Below, piece by piece: positions 1-11,914 of a stretch of DNA of 64,000 nt. Source of the DNA: Schmidtea nova. Taxonomy: Eukaryota. Location: NCBI GenBank assembly GCA_044892505.1, contig CM097883.1, forward strand, positions 109,988,001-110,052,000. The letters run 5' to 3'. The translations under genes were made by a program, and so were the position numbers. The notes beneath the pieces are model-generated. The model had not been told where the DNA came from, did not search any database, and saw only the letters and a program-made list of their open reading frames with translations. How positions within the stretch are numbered: the stretch's first letter is position 1; every line of letters starts with the position of its first letter.

Positions 1-803
1 AGGTTGTTTTCAAAAGTAGTTTTTAGACCAACAGAACTAATTTTTCTTGTTATACTTTGGGCCAAATGAAAATAACAGCCTCTCATATCAGTCTGTGGAA
101 ATGCAATTCTGGCTACATTCATCGCTGCTCTTCAAAATCTAGTAATATTCTTTCAGGTGCCAAATTTGGTAGCAAGTTCTTTAATATATCAAACATTCTT
201 TTGTATGTATCTCCGTTTTTTATGCCAAGTATAAAGTTGATAAAACATGCTTGGAACTTTATCAAAAGTTCCATCTCCGAATATTGTATCTTTATTTAAT
301 TCTTTTAAGAGATAAATATCTCCTAAAACCAGAATTCTGTCTGGATCACTTGCACCTGAATCATGAAGCACTAGCTCGGTGTATTTATCTGGAATTTCAA
401 AATTTGTATCTTTAGGTACTGGTAAATGTCCATCTCTTCTAAAATTCAGTAGATTTCGTGATATTGAAGTTTTTTTCGGCATAAACGCTAGTGCTTCACT
501 GCTCACTTCTAATAAAATACTCCCCATTACATTTCTAGGAGTAGCACCAATTGATGTCATCGCATCCTGCATTTTTTTCTTTGCTAAATTGTATTCTATT
601 TTTTGTGGGCATGATTCATGGCAATGTTGCGTTGGTTGATTTACAATATTGCCATCTTTAGTTTTTATGATGGAATGACAGTTTATAATGCGATGTTGCC
701 TGCATCTCCAAGTCAAAACTCCATTTGTTGTACGGAAATAGATATACTCAAACCCAGAGTAAATTAAAACTCGATTGCTTCTCTGCGTACTAGAATATTC
801 CAT
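1..803 (-). pseudogene. Mutator (MULE) transposase remnant: FLYWCH-type zinc finger plus start of the DDE domain, frameshifted near 190-220 and running off the window edge
   Basis: ORF 189..803 has YSGFEY...WRCRQHRIINCHS...HCH (FLYWCH-like) and IFGDGTFDKVPSMFYQLYTWH (MULE). After frameshifts the minus strand continues ILLDFE / AAMNVARIAFPQTDMRGCYFHLAQV. Confidence 0.85.
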
Positions 804-1015
804 TCTCAGACCTATTAAAATATTTAAAAAAATATCGTTAGAAAATTATGGTATCAAAAGTATTATATTAACAAAAGAGAATTTAAATATTACATACCTT
901 ATAATTGTTTTTTTATATATTCACAAATTTTCAATCTATGTATTTCCCAAAACTATAAATTTAAATACTATACTACGCAATTTAATATTATATTAACAAA
1001 AGAGAATTTAAATAT

Positions 1016-4000
1016 TGTTGGGCAAAAACCACAAATTGTTTTAATGGAGCGATAACCCCATAGGTAGAGAGCGCGCAAGATTCAGTTTTAACCCAAAAAT
1101 CCATTAAAAATCCAAACGATTAAGTGAAAAACAACAAAAGGTGAAGTGGAATCGAAATACATCAACCAGTAGAGAACGCGCGAGCTGTGAGTCTGAAAGC
1201 CCTTACATTGAAACCTCGAGAAAAATCAAATGCCATCAAAAGAAGAACGTTTAAAAGTTAGAATAGGCGGAAAACCCATTGAAAATACCCATAAAGAACG
1301 GAATTGTGTCATAAAACCTTCATGCAGAAAATATTAACAGAATTTTAGCCGAAAATGGTTATTTTAGCAAAATATTTCACATTAACAATAAAAAGAATTA
1401 ATATTGATTGAAATATCGTAAATTAAATTAAATCGAACAAATTTCGATTCAAAAACAAAAATTTGGAATTAAAATAAATTATTTGTGTTTTGCAAAAAAT
1501 TATTACACAAAAATATGGATTTAATTTTCGGAAAATCATTAGAATTAAATTAGAGAAATTAAAAGGAAAATTCTAGAATAATTTGTTTTATTACACTACT
1601 GAAGGTAACGCAAAATCGATGGTATATATACCGCCATCAAAATGGAATTCATCAGAATTTGTGAGAAATTTTTTCTATTCAGAAATTGTGAAAAGTTTAT
1701 GCCAAAAAAGTTCTAAATTTTAAATTTCCGAAAAAAGAAGATCGTAAGTCTCGTTCTTTTGTTGGTGCGGGGTCATCGAACACCATGCCTGTCCGATTAC
1801 CCCGTACCGGTAATATTTTTATATTTTTTAGTATATTATATTATTATTGTTATATTATTTTATGATTATTGAATAACTATTAAAATTTTTACTGTTCATT
1901 TCTTTATTTTTTTCTGTGTCACAAAATCTCAGAGTTAAATTCACAAAGATATTCTCATAACAAATGATAAAAGTAAATAAATAAATTTTATTTTTGCTTC
2001 CGTACCCCTTGAAGCCTGTGTCTGGCCTTGTGCCGATCGGGTGGAAGTAGCCTGAGCGGATCGCTGGTTCGATACGTAAATTGATCAGCCCATATTTCCG
2101 AGTCCAGGTGAATAGCCTAACCATCCATGATCACTTCATCCCAACTGGGGAACAGTGGCTTGGCCAAAGGCAAGGTGTTATATTATTGATATTTAATTTA
2201 TAATAAATGTAGTTTATCCGAATTTATAATTTTTGACATATTAAAAATTAATACCACATGTAAACGTAAAGACGAATCTCTCCAACAATGTCTTTTCCAT
2301 TATGAAAAATAATTTATGCAAAAACATTTTACTCGTCCTTCGCCTTCACCTTCACAATAGTTTTCTCCTCATCCAAGATCCAGAATATTAAAAACTGATA
2401 TTGAAAAGGAAATCGTTCGAATTAATGCTCAAATCCGATGGAATAATAATGAAACCGACATTAACTTTACTCGATGTCGAAAAATATTCGTTGAAAAATT
2501 TATAAATTATTTTTATTTTATTTTTATTCAGTATATAAACCTTTTTAGGTTGAATGCTTATTTAGATTTCGAAATTTATGGATGAAAAATTTATTATTAT
2601 GTGGATTTCGTTTTGATCAAAAAATAAAAATTTACTTTTTATTATATTGAAAAAATTTTTATAATGAAAAATTGTAAACCAAAAATTTTCCTAATATTGT
2701 TATGATATAAAAGATTTTGTCATTTTATAAAATTCCTGAGAATTTATAAATCAAAACTTATATTGAAACCCATAAAAATTTTAAATCGAAAATATTATTA
2801 TTATATTGAAAATTTTATCATTTTAAAAAATCCAAAATTTCAAAACNNNNNNNNNNNNNNNNNNNNNNNNNNNNNNNNNNNNNNNNNNNNNNNNNNNNNN
2901 NNNNNNNNNNNNNNNNNNNNNNNNNNNNNNNNNNNNNNNNNNNNNNNNNNNNNNNNNNNNNNNNNNNNNNNNNNNNNNNNNNNNNNNNNNNNNNNNNNNN
3001 NNNNNNNNNTCTAAAAATGTATATTATAAAAATTAGAAATTTTATTATTATATTTCTTTTATAAAATTATAAATTTAAAATTTATAAAAAGTATTATAAA
3101 AATTATTAAATGTATATTATAAAAATTAGAAATTTTATCATTGTATTGCTTTCATAAAATTATAAATCTAAAATTTATAAAAAGTATTAGAAAAATGTGT
3201 ATTATAAAAATTAGAAATTTTATTATTATATTTTCATAAAATTATAAATTTAAAATTTGTAAAAAGTATTATAAAAATTATTATTATTATTTTAATATAA
3301 AAATTATTATTATTATTTTAATTTTAAATATTTTATATAATTTATATATAGTATATTATAAATACCCCCGCGATATCTCAAAATCATAACGCATCCCTAT
3401 TTGCAAAAAATTACATCCATTTCATTCAATAACATTTCCCATACTAATACACAAGCAACATATATTTAAAATACAATATACACACATACACAGTATCATT
3501 TATTAGCATTCAATAATTATATACACACACGCAAACCATACTGAAAATTCTACACAGTTATGTTAGTCGGCATCATACATCCAGAAAAACCATACAAAAA
3601 TTTCATTCACTTATATCTATCATTCAACCATACCATATAAAATTAAATATACCCAGCCAAACTTAGAACAATCAAATAGGCCATTTACATTACAGTTTAT
3701 TTTTAATTTCCCATTTACAAAAATTTCATAAAAATAATAAAAACTCAAACGAAAAAGAGTAAAGACGAAAAAAAAAAATTATCTAAAAATTTATTGATAA
3801 AAATTGATGGTCATTCAGTTTGAGGGATAAGAGTCTCCGGCAAGGATTTTTCCAGTTTACAGTGCTTGAAGGGCCAGTTCCAACATATTCTCCTCAAGAA
3901 ATTTTCTAAAATTGTTCAAAATAAATTATAATTCTAAAATAATCAAAATTTTACTTGGTCGATAGAGCGGGCAATTTTGCTTCGTAGGAGCTGGAATTCT

Positions 4001-4721
4001 AGTTTTTTTGACCCATTTTTGGTGGGAGAATTTTCCTCTGACTTCGTAGTTTCCGGGGAGGTCCATTTCTTGTTGATCTGAACTTTAGAAATCGTTAATT
4101 AATCAATTTAGTGAAAAAATTCAGAAAATTACATTTAAAATTAATATGATTTTTAAATTGAGTAAATTTGTCCTTTTGATTAAATTAGCAATTTTAAACA
4201 AACGGAAATTTTATTTTTATTATTTCTAAACTCGATAAAATTACGGTAATAATTAGAGTTTTTCTTAAATTTCAAATGCAGATTAAAATTTTTCTATAAA
4301 AATAAAATATTTTATGTATTAATTATCATAAAATGCAATATTGGTAAAATATAGGGTTATATTAGTGTTTTTGATGCTCGGAATAATTTAATTGGATGCA
4401 ATAATGAATTTATAGTTATGTAGAGTATTTATGTTGAATTTCCGATGAAAATTTTTATTGAAAGCTTATAGATAAATCGTCGAAGAAGGGACAAAATGGG
4501 CAGGAAACCTTCTATCGGTAGCCCTTGGACCCAGGAGATATTCGGTCAATCATAGTTTCGTATTGACGACGCTCACTGATTGCGAATACCCACCCACTTG
4601 TTACAGTACCAACGTTACATAGTGACGGGTAACAAGATGGTAGCTTAAATGTTTTATGTGTTGAGTTGTTGATGCGAGCCATAGAAACGTCAAGGTCATA
4701 TTGACGATCAACAACCCACCA
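1016..4721. mobile_element. 3.7-kb insertion with TG...CA termini and 4-bp target-site duplication; solo-LTR-like element nested in the MULE
   Basis: Starts TGTTGGG (1016) and ends CCCACCA (4721); flanked by ATAT at 1012-1015 and 4722-4725. An uninterrupted copy of the target (GAGAATTTAAATATTACATACCTTATAATTG) is present at about 876-907. Confidence 0.7.
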
Positions 4722-4849
4722 ATATTACATACCTTATAATTGTTTTTTTATATATTCACAAATTTTCACAAATAGATTATCTCCTAGATAGAATATAATT
4801 TTTGATTTTTTCTCTATTTATTTTAATTTAATTTTTATATTTAAAATAA

Positions 4850-5032
4850 TTTTTCGTGTGGGCATTTTTCCTTGTGGGCATTTTTCTATGTGGGCATTTG
4901 TCTATGTGGGCATTTTTCCTTGTGGGCATTATTCTGTGTGGGCATTAATCGTGTGCGCAATACTATCTATGGGCAATTTTCTGTGGGCAATTTTCGTGTA
5001 GGCATTTTTCGTGTGGGCAATAATCCGATCAC
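4850..5032. repeat. Subterminal tandem repeats (GTGGGCATTTTTC(C/T)-like, about 11 copies) ending in the probable terminal repeat of the MULE element
   Basis: Repeated GTGGGCA(T/A)T units of about 14-15 nt ending GTGGGCAATAATCCGATCAC. The sequence rejoins the MULE upstream flank once the 1016-4721 insertion is removed. Confidence 0.6.
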
Positions 5033-5900
5033 GAGTTGGTTAGTGTAGTTGGCTGCTGATTTGAGAATAGAGTTAGTTGGTTGATGAGAAGAGTTAGTTG
5101 CTGGTTAGTATGTATAGAGTGGGTAGTTGATTGGTGATTTATGAATAGATTTAGTTGGTTAATGAGAAGAGTTAGTTGGTTGATGAGAACAGTTAGTTGA
5201 TTGATGAGAAGAGTTAGTTGGTTGATGTATAGAACTAGTTGGTAAGTAAGAGATTAGTAGTTGGTTAGTGTGTATAGTTAGTTAGTTGGTTAGTGTAGTT
5301 GGCTGGTGATTTGTGAATAGAGTTACTTGGTTAATGATAAGAGTTAGTTGGTTGATGTATAGAACTAGTTGGTAAGTAAGTATTTTGTTTACTGAGAGGA
5401 TTGAATTAGTTGATATCTAGTTAATAGTAAGAGATAATGGATTGACATATGGAACAATTTTCTTAGTTGGTTAATACATAGAGTCAGTTGGTATCTGATT
5501 AGTTGATTTAACCAATTGATTTTTGATAGAGTCTGTTGATATTGTATCAGTTAGTTGTTGATTTGTGTGTAAAGGGTGAGTAGTTGGTTGGATGTATATG
5601 ATTAATGAATAGATTAAGTTGGTTAATGTGAAGAAATAGTTGTTTAATGTATAGAACTGGTTAGTAAGTAAGGAATTGATTGCTGGTTAGTATGTATAGT
5701 TAGTTAGTTGGTTAGTGTAGTTGGTTGGTAAGTATAATATTAATGAATAGAAGTACTTGGAAAGAAAGTACTTGGTTGTTGGATAGTTAGTATGTATAGA
5801 GTGGGTAACTGGTTGGTTGGTATATGTTTAATGAAAAGAACCAATTATTTGGTGTGTATGACTAGTTGGTTGTTGTGTAGAACTAGTTACTAAGTAAGGA
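5033..5900 (+). repeat. Degenerate minisatellite array, core AGTTAGTTGGT, G/T-rich on plus strand
   Basis: Many variants of AGAGTTAGTTGGTTGATG / TTAGTTGGTTAGTGTAG; contains a unique module GGAACAATTTTCTTAGTTGG at about 5450. Confidence 0.8.
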
Positions 5901-6289
5901 ATTGGTCTGTTTGTTAACAGTAAAATAACAGTAATTAACAGTAATTAACAGTAATTAACAGTAAAATTTTTTAATTAATAAATACAAAGTAAATATTTTT
6001 TCACAAGTAAATATTTTTCACAAGTAAAATTTTTAACTAATAAATACAAATCTAACTGTTTCAATATGATCTTTTTTAAGGAAATGATCAAATAACAACA
6101 AATAAATATAGTAAATAAAACACATGTAAATATTAAATTTATTTAGAATAAAAGTAGTTATTAAACAAGAGTTGTTACAATTTTGTATACTAAGTTAAAA
6201 AATATCGATTAATGACATAAATTTTTAAAAATAAATATAATAATTGAAAATATGGGAACAAGTAAAATAATAATAATATTAATAATAAT

Positions 6290-6540
6290 AATAAGTAACG
6301 CCTATCAATCAATTTAAGTACCAACAATAAACCGATCAACTAACTAATAATCTCATTACACACACAAATCAACGACTGACTAGTAACTGATCAAATGCCA
6401 ACTGACTCTATCTACAAATCAAAAACCTACTAGCTACTTATCAGTTACCAACTGACTCTATATTAACGAACTAGGAAAATTGTTCCATATGTGAATCAAT
6501 TATCTCTTCTTATTAACTATATATCAATTAATCCAATCCC
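6290..6540 (-). repeat. Inverted partial copy of the 5400-5560 module of the AGTTAGTTGG array
   Basis: CCAACTGACTCTAT...GGAAAATTGTTCCATATGTGAATCAATTATCTCTT is the approximate reverse complement of about 5430-5490. Confidence 0.7.
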
Positions 6541-6859
6541 TTTAGGATTGGATTAATTGATATATAGTTAATTGATATATAGTTAGATTGGTATAAAAAT
6601 TATTGAATTCTGACAACTTTTTAATTTTTTGGAAATTCACAAACCAAACACTTTTCTTTTGGCAGAATTAAGAAGAATATATTACGACAAAACCTTTCTT
6701 GAATAAAATTTTGTATTTGAAATTCAATTTGTATTGTTTAACTTTTTTTTAATAAAAAATTTTATTTGTTGATTAATTTTTATTTGGTAAAAATTTTATT
6801 TGTTAAGACTTTTATTGGTTTGAAAATTTCATTTTGTGAAAAAATTTTAATTTTATATT

Positions 6860-7460
6860 TAAAAATTTACCAACTCTGAGTTTGCCAAAACATTTCGTAC
6901 TTATTTTTAAAATTTTTCATATTATGTCATTTCAACTCTCAGTTTGCCTTAATTTTACCCTTTTTTTATTAAATATTATGTCATTTGAACTCTGACTTTG
7001 CCTTAATTTTACCCTTTTTATAAAATTTTAAATATTATGTCATTCTTTTGTCTTTGTAAAATTCTCTATGTTTTATTGCCTATTTAATTTAACCATTTAA
7101 ATCTATTTATCATTTTTCTAAATTTACATGTGTTTTTTATTTATCATAAAAATTTCAGTATAAAAAAGTTTATTGAATTTAGTTTAAGATTTTATAAAAA
7201 TTGTATAAAAAATTTTACTTTGACAAATTTACTTTAAGAATTTTACTTTAAAAATTTTACTTTTAAATTACTAACTCCGAGATTTCCCAAAATAATTTCG
7301 TACTTATTTTGAAATTTTTCATATTATGTCATTTCAACTCTGACTTTGTCTTAATTTTACCCTTTTTTATTAAATTTTAAATATTATGTCATTCTTTTGT
7401 TTTTGTAAAATTCTCCATGTTTTATTGCCTATTTAACTTAACCACGTGTTTATTACCCTT
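6860..7460 (+). repeat. Local direct duplication, period about 400 bp, with internal subrepeats
   Basis: TTTCGTACTTATTTT...CATATTATGTCATTTCAACTCT...TTAATTTTACCC occurs at about 6890 and 7295. Confidence 0.7.
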
Positions 7461-7679
7461 TTCTTAAATCTTTATTTAAAATTTCTGTTCAAAATTACTA
7501 GTGTTCCTTTTTGCCCTAGAAATTGTGGGAATTGAAAATTCTATTCAAAATAATTTCAATCTATTTTACTAGTTTAAAAAGTTTACACGTGTTTTTTATT
7601 TACCATTAAAATTTCAGTTCAAAATTACCAGAGTCCTTTTTTGCCTGAGAAAAATCTGGGAGTAGAAAATTCTATTCAA

Positions 7680-8040
7680 AATAACCAGGCCAAAATTCCC
7701 TGTACAAAAATCCAGACCAAAATTCCCTGTACAAAAATACCAATCCAAAATTCAATGTACAAAAATACCAGCGTCCCTTTTTGCCCGAGAAAAATCTCGG
7801 AGTAGAAAATCCTATTCAAAAGATCGACGAAAAACATAGTGGCTTTCTAATTCACCTATACAAAAGACCGACAAAAATTTTCCTATACAAAAGATCGACG
7901 AAAAACATAGTGGCTTTCTAACTCACCTATACAAAAGACCAACAAAGATTTTCCTATACAAAAGTTCGACGAACAAACATAGTGGCTTTCTAACTCACCT
8001 ATACAAAAGATCGACGAAAAAACAGTGGCTCTCTAACTCA
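7680..8040 (+). repeat. Tandem repeats: about 27-bp unit (AAAATTCCCTGTACAAAAAT...) followed by about 70-bp unit (AAAGATCGACGAAAAACATAGTGGCTTTCTAACTCACCTATAC...)
   Basis: Three to four directly visible copies of each unit. Confidence 0.75.
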
Positions 8041-8099
8041 CTTTTTTTAGGGGGCGGGTGAGTTAGAAAGTTAGTGAGTCAGAGAGCCAATAACTACAT

Positions 8100-9108
8100 A
8101 CTCGTACTAAACATTTACTTATAATTCACATCACCCGGAAGTAGTAATTAGTCTTATTTTGAAATTTACAACCCTTTAAAATATTATTTTACTTGTTTGT
8201 ATTCCTTAACACCCTAAACAGTAATAGTTTGCCGTTCCTAAGACCCATTAACATCAATTTATCTTATTTGCATTTATAAGATGCCTATAGGTTACACCAT
8301 TATACAGAAAAAATGAACGCTTAAATTATAAGATTTTAAGTATAAATTGGTGAATAGGATCACGACCACGTTCATAATCTAATCTCTCTCAGAACCTGTT
8401 TTAGCATTTAAAAAAACAATTTGAAACATTAGAAAAACCCAACAGCATTCTAAATCTATTCTAATGCGTTATAAAAATTCAATAGGAGTTAATCCTTAAA
8501 TTATTCGTGTACATTTAAGAAACCTCGCCTAGAGGAATATTGAAACAATATCCATGGCCAAATAAACCGTAAACCAGTACGACACTTGAGCGAATGTCAT
8601 TAATTCATACTATTAGCAGCAACGATATCAAAATCATTTTCGGTATCCATTAAATAAATAAAATCAACTACAAAATTTATTAAATTTGAAAACTACGCTC
8701 TTTTCTCCTAATATATATACAAAAACTTGAAGGCTATTCTTCTTTAATTCTGATGTTGATTTAAATGCTGGCTAATTTTTAAATAAGAAATAACATATAT
8801 TTTAAGGTTAATTTAATTAATTAATTTAAGATGTTTAAATAGAAATTTATGATATCTGACAAATACAATTTAAATGTTTATTAGCAATTTTAATTTAAAC
8901 GTGAATTCTACCCTTTCATCCCCCTTCTTTAAATTCTTTAATCTTTTCAATATTCCTGATTAAAGACTTTCCACATTTATCTCTCAGCATATAACTAGGA
9001 TCGTGTATTCGTTTTGTTACCGTGTATGGTCCTTCATACCTATCTTGATCCTTGTTTCGTATTTCTCGTTTGATTAACACTTTGTCTCCCACTTCCAACT
9101 AACTATAC
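8100..9108 (-). mobile_element. Ty3/Gypsy retrotransposon 3' fragment: integrase C-terminus, polypurine tract and start of the 3' LTR
   Basis: ORF 8916..9098 EVGDKVLIKR...DRYEGPYTV (GPY/F-type integrase tail). It ends in AAAGAAGGGGGA (PPT) followed directly by TGAAAGGG at 8918. The far LTR end is only estimated. Confidence 0.75.
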
Positions 9109-9109
9109 A

Positions 9110-10100
9110 TACTAACCAGCAACTAATCTCTTACTTACCAACTAGTTCTATACATTAACCAACTAACTCTATTCACAAATCACCAACCAACTACACTAAC
9201 CAACTAACTAACTATACATACTAACCAACAACTAATCTCTTTCTTACCAACTAGTTCTATACATCTACCAACTAACTCTTCTCGTCAACTAACTAACTGT
9301 TCTCATCAATCAACTAACTCTTCTCATTAACCAACTAACTCTATTCACAAATCCCCAACCAACCACACTAATCAACTAACTAACTATACACACTAACCAA
9401 CAACTAATTCCTTGCTTACCAACTACATCAATACATCAACAAACTAACTATTCACTTAACCAAAAAATATTATTCATTAATCTTATACCAACCATACCAA
9501 CTATATTAACCAACTAACTAACTAAACACTCTAACTATCAACCAATACCTTACTTTCCAACTACTTCTTCTCATTAACCAACTAAATCTATTCACAAATC
9601 ACCAATCAACTACCCACTCTATACACATTAACCAGAAATCAATTCTTTACTAACCAACTAGTTCTATACATTAATCCTATACCCATCAATCAACCAAACA
9701 ACTACACTAACCAACTAACTAACTATACATACTAACCAGCAACCAATTCCTTACTAACCAACTAGTTATATACATCAACCAACTAACTCTTCACATTAAC
9801 CAACTAACTCTATTCACAAATCCCAAACCAACTACACTAACCAACTAACTAACTATACACACTAACCAGCAACTAATCTCTTACTTACCATCTATTTATA
9901 TACATTAACCAACTAACTCTATTCATAAATCAACAACAGACTAGTTACTTATAAAATATCAATTGATTCTATCTAAAATCAACTAGTTAAATCAACTAAT
10001 CGGATACCAACTGATTCTATATATTAAACAAATAATTCTTCACTCTAAGGAAATTGTTCCACGTATCAATTAACTCTTCGCATTAACTATATATGATATT
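9110..10100 (-). repeat. Second large AGTTAGTTGG array in inverted orientation (ACCAACTAACT on plus strand)
   Basis: Reverse-complement units of the 5033-5900 array, including the unique module (GAAATTGTTCCAC at about 10050). Confidence 0.8.
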
Positions 10101-10299
10101 TAAAACTAACTGATTCTAAATGTAGTGTCATAAAATTAAATTTATTACTTAGAATAATTGAATTAATCTTTAGTTGATTATCAGTTTTTAAAAAGGTATA
10201 CAAATAACCACGTTGTTAAAATGAATTTTTTTTATTAAATAAAGTTCTTAAAATTTAGAATATATTTAAAATACAAATGACTTTAAATCCAAATCTCTA

Positions 10300-11462
10300 T
10301 TGAAATCATTGTTCATCCAAAAGTCCCACGAAACTCGGTTGTTTGGTTGATGAGTGTGTTTTAGGTAGAACTGAGGATGCATGGATATATGAATGGATGG
10401 CATCGAAATTTGTAATATAGCGAGAGTAATAAATCCATTTGAAAAAGAAAAAACTGAGTAGAATCGGATAAATATATAAAAGGAAAGTATTGATTGTCAC
10501 GACAGATGTTGTTTGCAGTATATATTGATTTTTGTTGATCTTGAATGGCAAGTAAACAATATCGAATAAAAAAGTAAACGGTGAGGAAATTGGCAGACGA
10601 TCACTCATGAGTTCATCATGTATCGATTATTGACACAAGAAAGTAAAAGTCAATTTGTAAATATTTGAGAGAAGATTTTCATTTATAAAATTTTCACTTC
10701 CAATAAAAATATAATTACAAACTTGTATTAGCTCGAAGAATCTATTAGCAAACCGAAGATTTTCGAAAACTGTTGTAAATATCCTCTTGGAATAAAAATT
10801 TAACCATCGCATCTCGGGAGGAAGATTTTTTGTCTAATTTAGTAAACTATCTAAGGAAAATTAGGAAAAGAAAATTTCAAGACATAATCTGTTACAGCAG
10901 CACAGAACCCTATATTTGCGAAATGGGCGTGTGAATCGGCCCGGAGTGTGGCCACTGAAAGAGGAGCCACCCAAAGTCTTAAATCAAGTTCTTAAACAAA
11001 TGAGAGCATGGCGGAACCAACTTAAAGTGAAAGCCCTATTTGGCATATGGGCGAATGCAAAAGAAACTTTGATCTACGAGGGAGGACCGCTATGACCCTC
11101 GGAGCAAGCCGAAATTAAATGACCGAAATGGCTCATTGTAAAATATGATATGGAGAACATTCCGCGTTTGGGTGATATTTTTCTATCCGATAAAAGTAGC
11201 CAATTTCCATCGTTTGGGTTACACAATGCTTGATCGATCCTGGAACCTAAAGACCGGAGAAATGTCTGAATATTCGAATCTCCCCTTCCTATTTCCTGAA
11301 AGAGGGAGAGCCAGCTCCGAATGGACCAGATCAATCAACATTCAGGAGGTATTCTTGTACAAATCTCACTTGTGTTGGGCACCCAACCCGGAGATATATC
11401 ATCCGAACGGAATGACTAGAGATGAGGCTGAGCAGGTCCAGGTCAACGCCTACAAGGAATAG
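10300..11462 (+). pseudogene. Decayed coding-like region of unknown family, probably mobile-element derived
   Basis: Relatively GC-rich. Long protein-like frames are broken by stops and frameshifts, e.g. RNGRVNRPGVWPLKEEPPKVLNQVLKQMRAWRNQLKVKALFGIWANAKETLIYEGGP and ORF 11145..11462. Confidence 0.4.
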
Positions 11463-11914
11463 GAATAGGACGACGACTCTCACGCGATATTAGATCTCTA
11501 AACTGATCATTATTTTCTTCTAGTGTAGTGAAGATATCAATTGCATTTTGAATTTGTTATTTTGTTCTCTGCCTGTTGGATGTTGGTTTGTTTGAATCGT
11601 AGTTAGAAATGCGATTAATAAAGAATCTACATCCATCAAGGAGTGCTGAAAAGGACAGACGTGCATGGGAAATAATAACCAACAATATGATCTGATAAAG
11701 ATTAACTTAATCGTGGAAATAAAAGAGTTGACATAGAGTGTGTGATTAGAGGGCTATTGAAACAGCGCATGAATTGAGGTCTATAGGGAAGAGTATGCTA
11801 AGTTTTCCAGGGAGATAAAAGTGCCGCGTCTATTAGTAAACCAATTTAAAAGTATTTATTGTTAAGCCTATTTTCGTGTTCATTTAGGATAAGCTTAGTA
11901 TTAAAACCGGTTAG

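Noticed and set aside
2020-2140. Short matches to 7SL RNA (GCCGATCGGGTG, GTGAATAGCC), U1 (CCATGATCAC) and RNase P CR-I
   Set aside because: The matches are isolated, mostly not conserved in the second copy at 63.3 kb, and the rest of those RNAs (SRP helix 8, Sm site, CR-V) is missing.
7820-8040. CRISPR-like alternation of a 43-bp repeat and a 27-bp spacer
   Set aside because: The spacers are near-identical, so this is a 70-bp tandem repeat; the context is eukaryotic with no cas genes.
10320-10700. Alternative genetic code suggested by many in-frame stops in protein-like frames
   Set aside because: The host flippase exons contain no in-frame TAA/TAG/TGA and end at TAA; the frames also have frameshifts, consistent with ordinary decay.
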